64,000 nucleotides of DNA from positions 8,128,001-8,192,000 of the forward strand of contig OY762007.1 in NCBI GenBank assembly GCA_963665115.1, read 5' to 3'. Shown piece by piece: positions 31,780-42,649 of the stretch. The translations under genes were made by a program, and so were the position numbers. The notes under the pieces were generated by a model, which searched no databases, was not told where the DNA came from, and saw only the letters and a list, made by a program, of their open reading frames with translations. Numbering within the stretch: the first letter of the stretch is position 1; every line of letters starts with the position of its first letter. This DNA comes from an uncultured Rivularia sp. (GTDB lineage: Bacteria > Cyanobacteriota > Cyanobacteriia > Cyanobacteriales > Nostocaceae).

Positions 31780-33214
31780 CTACTTCCCGTTCGTTGCTTT
31801 CATATCACCACCAATGGAAAACTGCGCGATTAAATAAACCAAAATTCCCGCAGCCATTCCGGGAAGTACTGCGTAAATTAACTTTGATAATTCGGGGGTT
31901 ATTGTCCATATCAAAGCAGTTGATATTCCAACTAGCATCATTGCGATCGCAATTGTTTTATTAATTGGTTTTTGCAGTACTCGTACCATAAACAATGGAC
32001 CCTAATGCTGAAGCTAAAGCCGACCATGCAAAAGTAACTAAGAAAAATACGCTTTGATTTTCGGCTAAGGCAATTACAAATACTGTTGCTGTAACAGTTA
32101 AAGTTCCTAATTTTACTATCTTATAAGAATGGGCAAATTGAGGAAAGACATCTTGGGTAAGGGCTGCGGAGCAAGATAGTATCTGTGAATCTGCGGTAGA
32201 CATGGTTGCAGAAAATACACCAGCTAACATTAATCCCACTAAGGCGGCTGGTAATAAATTTAAAGCTAACAAAGGTAAAGCTAATTCAGAACCGTTGCTG
32301 TTTAACAATTCGGGTAACAGTACTCTTGCTGTTAAACCTACACCAAGGGAAGCGAATGCTGCGATTAAACTGGCGATAGCTTTGATATCGCGGGCTTTTG
32401 CAACGTTTTGAGCGTTATCGATCGCCATTGCACGAACCATAATGTGAGGTTGCCCGACTACGCCAAATCCTGCTACTGTCCAACCGAGAAAGAAGGGTAT
32501 AAAACCTAATGGTAAATCTGCCGGACTCAAGTTGACTAAAGCTGGATCAATTCCGCCTAGTTGCGTCAAAAGTCCATTGAATCCGCCGCATTTTATAATT
32601 GACACAACTAAGAGCAATAGCAACGAAAAAATCATAACTATTGCTTGTATTGTGTCAGTCCAAATTGAGGCGCGGATACCTCCAGAAAAACAGTAGATAA
32701 CAACAATTACGGTTCCAATAACAACACCTATCCTATAATCCCAGTTAAAAACTGCACTGAGTGCTTTGCTTCCTGCTGCTAGTTGTGCTGCGGCATAGGT
32801 ACCAAGAAAAGCGATGGTAATTAAAGCTGAAATAACTGTAATGACTCGAACACCGTTAGTGTTTTGACCTAGAAAACCCGAAACTGTCTCTGTTTCGGTT
32901 TCTTCAGAAATTTCTCTTAGTTTTCTAAAAAAAAGCCACCAAGCAATATAGTCTCCTAAAGCCCAACCAATGCTTAGCCAAATTGAAGAAATTCCTATTT
33001 TATAGGCGTAACCAACTTGACCTATAAATAAGAAACCACTTTGTCCGGTTGACATCGCCGAAAGTGCTGTAAACCAAGGATTTACACTTCTTCCTGCCAA
33101 AAGGTAATCGGTAGTATTATTCTGCTTTTGAGTTGCCGAATAGATTCCGACTCCGGTAAACAAAAGCATAAACCCAATGAAAGTAATCGCAATCCAAATT
33201 TGATTTGTCGTCAT
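31780..33214 (-). CDS. sodium:solute (proline-type) symporter, apparent +1 frameshift at 32000-32002
   Basis: DYLLAGRS, GGIRASIWTD, GQPHIMVR, ATMSTADSQIL; joins as ALG|PLFMVRVL. Confidence 0.9.
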
Positions 33215-33888
33215 ATTGCTTTGTAGATAGTGAAATTTTTATTTATTATTTTTCATGATTAGGGTTTTCGCCAAGTGAAAGAAGATTCATGGTTCATATT
33301 TTACTTTTAACTTTTTGCTTAAGTTAGGAACAATGATAAATCATGAAATGTCTTTTATTTTTAGATCGGCGATGTTGATTTGTTCAATTTTGTATTAATG
33401 TAAATAAATGTTTATTCTTCTTCACGGAGCAGATTATACAAAATTTAAATTAAAAACAAATATAAAATGATAAAACCAAAATTATTAACGCAATCAATAA
33501 TCGATAGTTGTTCAATAAATTTAAAAAGGCGGGTGAATTCTTCATGTTATAGAAGTAGCAGTAACTGGATGACAGCAGATATAATATACTTATTGTATAT
33601 CAAGGTAGCAATCAAAACAGCCTGTATTATAGTGTTAAAAATATAACTTAAGAAATGCATATAAACTAGCGACAAGTACATACAAATACATAATACGAAA
33701 GACTTCACAACTTCTTAAAAATATTGTTATGTTTTAGTGACTATCGAAAAAATTTGCACTCATTCGCATTCGATAGTACTCGAAGAAAAATTTTAGATTT
33801 TAGATATTAATTCATAGTTTTAAGCCCCAGAATTTATTCTTGAGGCTAATCCAAATTCTCTAAAAGTAATTTCCCAAAATATATAATA

Positions 33889-35370
33889 ATGGACTTACAA
33901 CCACCAATACCGTCGAACGAGCTAGCAAGATTAGCAGCACTTCGTCAATATCAAATACTTGATACTGCTCCAGAAAAAGTGTTTGATGATTTTACTTTTT
34001 TGGCCGCACAGATTTGTCGTACTCCCATTGCCTTAATTAGTTTTGTCGATGGCGATCGCCAGTGGTTCAAATCAAAAGTCGGTGTAGATGTAGACTGCAC
34101 TCCGAGGGATGTAGCTTTCTGCGCTTACACCATCATGCAGCAGCAACCATTGGTAGTCCCTAATGCTTTGAACGATTCTAGATTTGCAAGTAATCCCTTA
34201 GTTGCCAATGCCCCCGATATCCGGTTTTATGCTGGCGCACCTTTGGTTACACCAGAAGGATATGGCATCGGAACCTTATGTGTAGTTGATACAGTACCAC
34301 GGGATTTAAGTTTAGAACAGCAAGAAGGATTGAGAGCATTAAGCAATCAGGTAATAGCCCAGTTAGAAATGCGACGTAACGTTATTACCGTATCTCGTAA
34401 CGTCATGCAGCGACAGCAGCAAGAAGCAGAAATGCGCCGTCAGCATGAGTTTATCGAAGTTATTTATCGTCGGGGATTAGATAAAATTCAAAAAGGCGAT
34501 TATGAAGCAGCAATAGCAGATTTTAGCCAGTATTTACAGTTGAAGCCCAATGGAATTAAAGCTCACTATCAAAGAGGATTAGCCCTTCACAAATTAGCAG
34601 ACTATCAAGGTGCGATCGCAGATTTGAACAAATTTGTGCAATACAATCCCAATCACGCTGAAGCTAGATACAGTCGGGGACTTATCCGTTCCGAATTAGG
34701 AGATTACAACGGAGCCACAGCCGATTATACAAAAGCTATGAGCATCAATCCCGACTACATTAATAATCAAAGTTCGGGGTTACTTCTTCCTCAAAGCGAA
34801 GACAACCATCAAAGAATAGCTTTAGATTCGATTGACACTGGATCGATTGCATCCGATCGTACAGTTACCGTTGATTCTAATATTATTAGTTCCGAACTTA
34901 GTAGCGAATATCATCGAACAATTTCTGAATCAACTGAAGTTCTACCATCTCCTCTTCAAAATCCACAAGATTATATAAGTTTAGGCAACGATTATTATAA
35001 AAATGGAGAATATAGTAAAGCATTAGAAAATTATACTCTTGCTTTGAAATCAAATAGTAATGATGCCAGAATTTATTTAAATCGCGGCAATGCTAATTAT
35101 AATTTGAAAAAATATGGTGAAGCAATTGAGGATTACACCCAAACCTTACGGATGAATCCTAAAAATGACAAAGCTTATATAGGATTAGGCAATACTTGTG
35201 TCAAACTAAAAAATTACGATAAAGCTATTGAATACTACACTAAAGCTTTGATGGTAAATCCCAGCAACGACAAAGCTTATATAAGCCGGGGTAATGCTCG
35301 TTCTAAATTAAAAGATTACACCGGAGCGATGGAAGATTATAAAAAGGTATGGGCTGGGAAGAAGGGATAG
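33889..35370 (+). CDS. GAF domain + TPR repeat protein
   Basis: E.ARLAALRQYQILDT, IRFYAGAPL, GTLCVVD; multiple TPR units; no kinase domain. Confidence 0.9.
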   Translation: MDLQPPIPSNELARLAALRQYQILDTAPEKVFDDFTFLAAQICRTPIALISFVDGDRQWFKSKVGVDVDCTPRDVAFCAYTIMQQQPLVVPNALNDSRFASNPLVANAPDIRFYAGAPLVTPEGYGIGTLCVVDTVPRDLSLEQQEGLRALSNQVIAQLEMRRNVITVSRNVMQRQQQEAEMRRQHEFIEVIYRRGLDKIQKGDYEAAIADFSQYLQLKPNGIKAHYQRGLALHKLADYQGAIADLNKFVQYNPNHAEARYSRGLIRSELGDYNGATADYTKAMSINPDYINNQSSGLLLPQSEDNHQRIALDSIDTGSIASDRTVTVDSNIISSELSSEYHRTISESTEVLPSPLQNPQDYISLGNDYYKNGEYSKALENYTLALKSNSNDARIYLNRGNANYNLKKYGEAIEDYTQTLRMNPKNDKAYIGLGNTCVKLKNYDKAIEYYTKALMVNPSNDKAYISRGNARSKLKDYTGAMEDYKKVWAGKKG

Positions 35371-36625
35371 GGAGATGGGGGATGGGGAGATCAGGGGATG
35401 ATAATTCACTACTCACTACTCTTAATTCCTAACTCCCAACTCCTAACCTTTAGATGCTTCGTCTAAAGGTAATTGATGGGTAATTACAAAAGATGGATAT
35501 ATTGTCAATTACCAATTATCAAAGAGTAGTTAATTGATAATTAATAACTACTAAATGATTAAACAGCAGTACCCGTAGTAGGTTTTGCTGGTTTTAATTC
35601 ACTACCCGTTTTGCTCTGTAAAGCTCTACCAAATGCTGTTCGTTAGCGATTAAATCTTTTTGGATATTGGTGAAGATTTCAGTTGTCACTGGATCTGTAT
35701 ATGCTGCCATCATACTACCGACATCATGTATTGCTGTTTGCAAATCGCCCAAAGCGCAGCGAATTTGATGGACATCATCGCTACCCTTGATGGCATTTTT
35801 TACCTTGGCATAACCTTCAGCAATCTTTGTAGTCAAAGATGGTTTTTCATCAAGTTGGTTTAGGCGTGATTCTAATCTTTGAATATGAACTTCCTTGCTA
35901 GCAATCATCTCATGAAACAGAGATTTTATAGCCGCATCTGATTCTTTTTCGGCGTACTTTTGTAAAGCTTCGCGAGAATAACGCTCTCCAGCTAAAACAG
36001 AATTCAAACCACTAACAATATCGCTTTTATGAGAACCACCCCAAGCATCTGCGATTTTCCACCATTCAGCATTTGGGTCATTTTCGGGAGGTAAATCAAC
36101 TTCTTTGCCACCATAACCCAAACGGCTTAAAATCGCGGTACAAAAAATTGCTAAATCTCCAGGTTGACGGGAAGTAATTAAGTTACCATCTACCACCAAA
36201 GGCTTATCTTCATAACTAGCACCAGCATTAACCATGTCTTTGCGAATAGCGCTGAAACCAGTAGCTGTTTTACCCTTGAGCAAATCACCTTCAATTAATA
36301 ATTGCGGTCCGTGACATACAGCAGCGACGATTTTACCTTGACTCATCGCTTCTTCTACAAAGCGGACGGTGTTAGGATTGCGACGCATTTTATCGGGAGC
36401 CATTCCTCCGGGAATAACTACCGCATCAAAATCAGAAGCCACTGCTTCGGTGGTAGTTCCATCCGCTTCCTGAGAAACTTTACCTTTTTTACCTTTATAG
36501 GCTTCGTTCATCCGAGAACCTAAAACAGATACTTCCATACCCGCTTGCTTTAAAGCTTTGTAGGGAAGTTGAAATTCTGAATCTTCTACACCATTTTCAA
36601 TTAAAATTGCAACTTTCTTTTTTAC

Positions 36626-37954
36626 CGAAAATAATGGGTCTAAAGCCCCGTCTTTCTAAAACGGCTTTTTATTTATTTTCCAACATTATACCGTTTGTGA
36701 TAGTATAACGATGGAGGTGATACCATGCTAGTTTTTGAATTTAAAACATACGGAAAATTAAAGCAGTACTCAGCCGTTAACGAAGCAATTCGTACAGCCC
36801 AATTCGTCCGAAACAGTTGCATCCGTTTATGGATAGACAATAAAGGAACGGGTAAAAACGATTTGCAGAAATATTGCGCTGTACTTGCTAAACAATTTTC
36901 GTTTGCAAATGAACTTAATTCAATGGCTAGACAAGCTAGTGCAGAACGAGCATGGTCATCAATAAACCGTTTCTATGAAAACTGTAGAAAAGGTATAGCA
37001 GGGAAAAAAGGTTTCCCAAAGTTTCAAAAAGATTGCCGTTCTGTTGAATACAAAACTTCGGGATGGAAACTTGCTCCTGATCGTAAATCGATAACTTTCT
37101 CTGGCAAAAAAGGAATTGGAAGATTAAAGCTAAAAGGCACTCGCGACCTGCACTTTTATCAAATCAACCAGATAAAGCGGGTTCGATTAGTGAGGCGTGC
37201 TGATGGTGTTTACGTCCAATTCTGTGTTGATGTAAATCGTTCAGAAGATATTCAATCCACGGGAAAAACAGTTGGGTTAGACGTTGGACTAAAAGAATAC
37301 TACACCGATTCAAATGGTGAAGTGATTAAAAATCCAATGTTTTTTCGTGCCGGGGAAAAGGTTCTCAAACGTTTTCAGCGTCGTGTTTCTAAAAAAGTCA
37401 AAGGTTCGAGCAATAGAAGAAAAGCAAGACACAATGCGGGTAAACGGCATCTCAAAATAAGTAGGCAACGTAAAGACCATGCTGTGAAATTAGCGCGGTG
37501 CGTAGTTCAGTCTAACGACTTGATAGCCTATGAAGATTTGAGAATAAAAAATATGGTGAAAAATCATTGTTTATCTAAATCAATAAACGATGCGTCTTGG
37601 TATCAGTTTCGTTGCTCGATTGAATACTTCGGGAAAGTATTTAAGCGTGTAACGGTTGCGGTTAATCCGCAATATACTTCTCAAGAATGCTCTAGCTGCG
37701 GCACAATTGTTAAAAAGACTTTATCAACTCGCACGCATATTTGTAGATGTGGCTGTGAGATGGATCGTGATGAAAATGCAGCTAGGAATATCCTTAATCG
37801 AGGATTGAGTACCGTAGGGCATACGGGAACTTTTGCACTGGACGCAGAAAACGCTTGGGGAGATGAAACCTCTACTCATGTTGGTGAAAACCTGCATGAG
37901 CAAGTTATATCTTAGATCCAAGAATCCCCGTGCGTTCACGCCGGGGAGTGTCAA
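36626..37954 (+). mobile_element. tnpB-only IS200/IS605-family element
   Basis: Inserted 3' of TTAC (36622-36625); left AAAG guide + hairpin at 36642-36668; right GAAT + CCCCG..CGGGG hairpin ending TCAA (37951-37954); no target duplication; no tnpA. Confidence 0.93.
36725..37915 (+). CDS. tnpB: RNA-guided endonuclease TnpB
   Basis: GLDVG / YEDL / DRDENAA RuvC triad; CSSCG...CRCGC; GGAGG RBS. Confidence 0.95.
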   Translation: MLVFEFKTYGKLKQYSAVNEAIRTAQFVRNSCIRLWIDNKGTGKNDLQKYCAVLAKQFSFANELNSMARQASAERAWSSINRFYENCRKGIAGKKGFPKFQKDCRSVEYKTSGWKLAPDRKSITFSGKKGIGRLKLKGTRDLHFYQINQIKRVRLVRRADGVYVQFCVDVNRSEDIQSTGKTVGLDVGLKEYYTDSNGEVIKNPMFFRAGEKVLKRFQRRVSKKVKGSSNRRKARHNAGKRHLKISRQRKDHAVKLARCVVQSNDLIAYEDLRIKNMVKNHCLSKSINDASWYQFRCSIEYFGKVFKRVTVAVNPQYTSQECSSCGTIVKKTLSTRTHICRCGCEMDRDENAARNILNRGLSTVGHTGTFALDAENAWGDETSTHVGENLHEQVIS

Positions 37955-38402
37955 ATCATTACTATTTGTAGATACCATATTTCTCCTGTTTTTCCTTGTT
38001 AATGTTTAATCAAGTATATTTTTGAGAGATCGGCTTAGAACCCATAAATCAAATTTTGAATTATATAGTTATTTAGTATTCCAACCATTTTCTCTATTTT
38101 GTCTCTACCGTTATTCCCTATTCCCGATTAACTATTCCCCCACTCCCTTTTAACAAAAAAAAGCGATGAATCAACATTTATAGCTTTTTGGCAATAACGA
38201 TTAAATGTTGAATCATAGCTAATAGTAATTCTGTGAGGTTGCGTTTGTATGGATTATCACTTACTACGATATGCATCGGTGAAATATTTAACTTCGTTCG
38301 CTGGGGAGATATTTTTTTACAACTTTGGTTATAGTTCTTTCGGAAGAGAAATAGTTATAAATATTGAGCTATCGTGATAATGCACTAAAGAACCAAAGTA
38401 TT

Positions 38403-38819
38403 ATGAGCGAACAAAAAAATAAAAAGGAGCAGAATATCAATAGTGAAGCTCAAGCAAGCGATTTACCTCAAGAAATAACCGAGTCATACGGAACCGGAGT
38501 TCATCAGCAGCCAGGAATCAATGCTGGTGAAAGAGCAATAAATCAAGAATTAAATCAATATAATGCAACAAATCCTTCATTAACCGGAGGTGATGTTGAT
38601 GCTTATTGGCAAGGTGCAAACTCCGTTGGTGATGAAGCAGTTGGTGGAACTGTTGCAACTCCCGATAAAAATGTGACGGAAGAATTAGGAAAAGCAGTTG
38701 GTTTGGAAATGGATGATAAGCAACCTCTGCAAACAAATGATATTTTAGATAGACGGGACGAGCAACGCTGGGAATTAGATCCTAAATCGTCCGAAGATTA
38801 TCAAAATCACCCTAAATAA
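38403..38819 (+). CDS. DUF6335-like acidic stress protein
   Basis: LTGGDVDA.W..A..VGDEAVGG...TPD, RRDEQRWELDP.S.ED. Confidence 0.75.
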   Translation: MSEQKNKKEQNINSEAQASDLPQEITESYGTGVHQQPGINAGERAINQELNQYNATNPSLTGGDVDAYWQGANSVGDEAVGGTVATPDKNVTEELGKAVGLEMDDKQPLQTNDILDRRDEQRWELDPKSSEDYQNHPK

Positions 38820-38896
38820 ATAGGGAATAGGAAACTCTTAACAGGGAATAGAAATAATCTGATATATAGAAATCAACTAATTATTCCCACTAACTA

Positions 38897-38929
38897 AGAA
38901 ACCTGGTTTTTTTAAAAGCCGGGTTTTTC
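38897..38929 (+). terminator. hairpin (AGAAACCTGGTTTT...AAAAGCCGGGTTTTT), possible terminator or repeat
   Basis: Stem with GU pairs and T tail downstream of the 38403-38819 gene. Confidence 0.5.
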
Positions 38930-39249
38930 AAATTTATTGGGACTTAAGTAACCGCAAATTAAGTATTGCAGCTGCTAATAACCCCCAAACCCCCGATGCT
39001 TTGAGGGGCTTTGCATAAGTCCTGTCTTAATTACTAATTACCAATTACCAATTACCAATTACAAATTACCAATTCTTTCATCTCAAAAAACTGCACTTTT
39101 TAAAATCATCGCTTGGTTGAAATTATTTTTTGGATAAATACCCTTTACGACATCAATACATCTGTCTTCAGTAGGGTTAAATACTCAATGCTGCTTTGAT
39201 ACGGTTGAAGTTAATAGATAGAAAAAATTTGTTGCAATCGGAGTATATT

Positions 39250-39741
39250 ATGGACGCTACACAAACTAACGACCCTAAAGTTCGCGAAATAGTTCAATCA
39301 ATCCAAAAACTAGGTGTAGATGAACAGCTAGCTTTGTTTTATTTCATCTATAAAGAAATGGGTGATTCAATTACACCTGCTGCACCTGGTGCTAGTACAG
39401 TTTCTCCAGCAGTTGCCGACGGTTTATTTAATCAAGTAAAAGAATTATCTCACGAAGAACAATTACAACTTCAACGCGATTTAATTAACAAAGCCGATAC
39501 CGTACATAGCCGCGAATACGGTTCAATGAGCGATACAACCAAGCTACTATTTTGGTATCGTTTAGCTCAAGGTATGGATGCTAATACTATTATCCCCATG
39601 CCTGCTGGTTACGAAATGTCTTCTCAATCTAAAGAATTGATGGATAAAATCAAGCCCTTAGATTTCGGCGTACAAATGAGTCTTTTCCGCGACTACGTAG
39701 CTCCAATGGGTGCCGATCCAAAACCTGGTGCTTCAGTTTAA
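39250..39741 (+). CDS. helical carotenoid protein (orange carotenoid protein N-terminal domain)
   Basis: VDEQLALFY..Y..MG.SITPAAPGA, EEQLQLQRDL, SREYG, TKLLFWYRLAQGM. Confidence 0.92.
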   Translation: MDATQTNDPKVREIVQSIQKLGVDEQLALFYFIYKEMGDSITPAAPGASTVSPAVADGLFNQVKELSHEEQLQLQRDLINKADTVHSREYGSMSDTTKLLFWYRLAQGMDANTIIPMPAGYEMSSQSKELMDKIKPLDFGVQMSLFRDYVAPMGADPKPGASV

Positions 39742-39742
39742 A

Positions 39743-39844
39743 TAAGCTGATGTGCAGCTAAGTTGTATTAAAAAAAATTTGGGATTATTGTAGTGCGGGC
39801 ATCTTGCCCGCTAGTACTATACAAATTAAGTGCGTTACAGCTTA
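39743..39844. mobile_element. ~102-bp MITE-like element with TAAGCTG...CAGCTTA ends enclosing a GTAG REP
   Basis: Second, inverted copy at 50328-50430. Confidence 0.75.
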
Positions 39845-40058
39845 ACAACTCGTTTTTCTAAAAATTTTGATTCTTTGTAAGATTAATATAACTTCACTTT
39901 AATCGCGATACATATTAATCGTGTAGAGACGTAGCAGTGCTACGTCTTTATTTTTGTTGGTATATGGTTATAGAAAAATATAGTCGTTTGTCTTTTTTTG
40001 TATGCATCAGATATGCTTGAAAGTTGGAATAGCAATTTGAATTCTTCCAATCAACAAT

Positions 40059-40769
40059 ATGACTTTGATTTTAACTAACGATGATGGTATTGATGCTCCG
40101 GGTATTCAAGCACTGCTCAAAGCTGTAGAAAAATCGGCAATTTCATCTGAACTTTTATCTAAGATTATTATCGCCGCTCCTCAAGGACATTTATCTGGTT
40201 GTGGACATCAAGTTACCACCGCGACTGCCTTAACTCTAGAACAACGTTCAGATAATGCATATGCTATAGCAGGTACTCCTGCTGATTGCGTTCGTCTCTC
40301 AATTTCCCATATCTGTCCCGAAATGAAATGGGTACTCTCCGGAATTAACGCTGGGGGAAATATGGGAGTTGATTCTTATATTTCCGGTACTGTAGCTGCG
40401 GTTAGAGAAGCTGCAATGCACGGTATTAAAGGAATAGCAATTTCTCAATACAAGAAAAAAGGCTTGGAATTCAACTGGGATAACTCAACAAAATGGACGG
40501 CTAAACTTCTAGATGACTTATTTAATCGTCCATTACCTTCAGGAAATTTCTGGAACATCAATTTACCCCATCTTCCACCAGAAGCAGCGGAACCCGAAGT
40601 AGTTTTTTGTCGTCCTTGTAACAAACCTCTTCCAGTGAATTATCGTACCGAAGGCGATAAATTTTATTATGTAGGCGAATATGCCAGTCGAGAGAGAACC
40701 CCCGGTAGCGACGTAGATGTATGTTTTTCTGGGAAAATAGCAGTAACTCAATTAGCAGTTAACAGTTAA
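40059..40769 (+). CDS. surE: 5'/3'-nucleotidase SurE
   Basis: LTNDDGI.APG, GTPADCV, SGINAG.N, SGTVAA. Confidence 0.95.
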   Translation: MTLILTNDDGIDAPGIQALLKAVEKSAISSELLSKIIIAAPQGHLSGCGHQVTTATALTLEQRSDNAYAIAGTPADCVRLSISHICPEMKWVLSGINAGGNMGVDSYISGTVAAVREAAMHGIKGIAISQYKKKGLEFNWDNSTKWTAKLLDDLFNRPLPSGNFWNINLPHLPPEAAEPEVVFCRPCNKPLPVNYRTEGDKFYYVGEYASRERTPGSDVDVCFSGKIAVTQLAVNS

Positions 40770-40941
40770 CAATTATCAATTATCAATTATCACCTGTCAG
40801 GTGTGAATCATAAGTAGTCATAAGAAAAATATTTATTGATGTATCAGCGTTCCTCTAAGCTTAATTCCCAAGCAGGATAATTTGCATTTAACAAAGCATA
40901 ACGACTTAATTATTCATTGATAATTGTTTATTGATAATTGA

Positions 40942-41244
40942 TTACTCTTCATCCGCTTCCAAAACAATCATCAAACGATTTAAGGTTTGCGTTAATTGAG
41001 TAAGTCTTTGCAGAGAATCGTCTTGCCCTTCTGCAAGAGTTTGCACGGCATCGCACAATGCCAAGATTTGATAACCTTGCTGCTGTACCTGCTTTCCCTG
41101 CTCTTCTACTTGTACGCTTAAATTATCGACTCGATCGGAAAGACGTTCTATTGTCTCAGTGGTAGCCAGTACGGCTTCGCCAATTTGCTCCACTATTGAC
41201 TCCAAACGTCCTACTTTTACTTTGTCTGCTCCGGTTGCAACCAT
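40942..41244 (-). CDS. coiled-coil hypothetical protein
   Basis: 100-aa ORF from ATG 41244, heptad pattern. Confidence 0.7.
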   Translation of the reverse strand: MVATGADKVKVGRLESIVEQIGEAVLATTETIERLSDRVDNLSVQVEEQGKQVQQQGYQILALCDAVQTLAEGQDDSLQRLTQLTQTLNRLMIVLEADEE

Positions 41245-41895
41245 TTTTAGCACCTTAATTTTTGAGATCGCACCACTGTGGAACTGCCGTTCATCCCCAA
41301 CCACAATGTAAATATTTTGTAGTACTTTTGTAAGTAATACTTAAAAAGGGATGCTATTATCATGTTTCCCAAAACATTGAATGAAATGCACATAAAGGGA
41401 GTTGACAAGGAATAATTAATTCCCTTTAATAAGCGGTAAATGTATTCAAATACTCATCCCAATAGCTTCACATATATGTTTGAAGAATTGTATCACCTCT
41501 TACCCGTAAACTATGTTTTGACTGCATTGATATTCTTTTTCTGTAGTTTATAAGCCTTACCATACAACCAAAGTATTAGTAAAATCAATAATTAAATCGA
41601 TAAGTTCTACTTGATACGTTAGATAGATTTTAGATATCAAACAACCATTAAGGCTTACGCATTGACTAGGTAGCAAATTTTCAAATATCGGGTTGTTAGA
41701 TTGCCATAATTGTTTTGATGCATCTACCTTAAGAGATATTTATTATTCTTTATCTAAAGTTTATAAATGATGGTTATTCTTATGAAATAAATGAAGATTC
41801 AGCAAATATACGGGGACAGACTGTCGATCGGATAAAGCTAAGTCTATATTCAAGATATTGTTACGTAGGAATACGTTTCTCGCTTAAAACTTAGT

Positions 41896-42580
41896 TTGGC
41901 TGCGTTCCAATTACCGATGATAAGTCTTCTTAAAGGTGCGAATTCTCATACTTGGGTTCCGCAAATTACCCCTCATCCTTCAGTAAGTTCTAGATTCAAG
42001 CGTTTTCTAGATATTTTAGGAAGTATGGTGGGTTTTGTGGTTTTAGCGGTTGTATTTTTGCCGATTGCGATCGCCATCAAAATTGATAGTCCCTGGTCCG
42101 ATTTTCTTTGCACAGGAAAGATACGGACTTTACGGAAATACATTTCGCATTCGTAAATTTCGTTCAATGGTTTCAGATGCGGAACAATTAAAATCGAAGG
42201 TACAAAATGAAGCTAACGGACAGTTCTTTAAAAGTAAGAATGATTTTCGGGTTACAAAGATAGGACGTTTTTTGCGAAGCACGAGTTTAGACGAACTTCC
42301 TCAGTTTTGGAACGTTTTTATTGGTGAAATGAGTTTAGTTGGAACTCGTCCCCCCACGGGTGATGAAGTTAGCCGTTACTCCGAGCATCACTGGCAACGT
42401 TTACACGTCAAACCCGGTTTAACGGGGGAATGGCAGGTAAACGGACGTTCGCACATTAAAGATTTCGAGCAAGTATTCGAGTTAGACTTGCAATATCAAA
42501 CAAAGTGGCATCAATTTTACGATTTATCGTTGATTTGTAAAACAATCTATGTAATTTTTGCCCGTATAGGAGCGTTTTAA
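41896..42580 (+). CDS. bacterial sugar transferase (Bac_transf), apparent +1 frameshift at 42091-42093
   Basis: KRFLDI, IKIDS|PGPIFF.QER.G, KFRSM, LDELPQFWNV..GEMSLVG.RP, KPGLTG.WQV. Start uncertain. Confidence 0.9.
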
Positions 42581-42649
42581 ATCAATTATCAATTATCAAC
42601 GATCGAGGAATAATTAATTGATAATTGATAATTGTTCACTGTTAATTGT

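Larger units (their letters stand above)
35594..37978 (-). pseudogene. PfpI/DJ-1 type-1 glutamine amidotransferase fused to a ferritin-like domain, interrupted after codon 8 by an IS200/IS605 element
   Basis: Removing 36626-37954 restores in-frame MVSTNSND|VKKKVAILIENGVEDSEF...IPGG.APD...AAVCHGP (1056 nt). Confidence 0.9.

Noticed and set aside
37724..37978. 84-aa minus-strand ORF
   Set aside because: Chimera of the first 8 pfpI codons reading into the IS right end.
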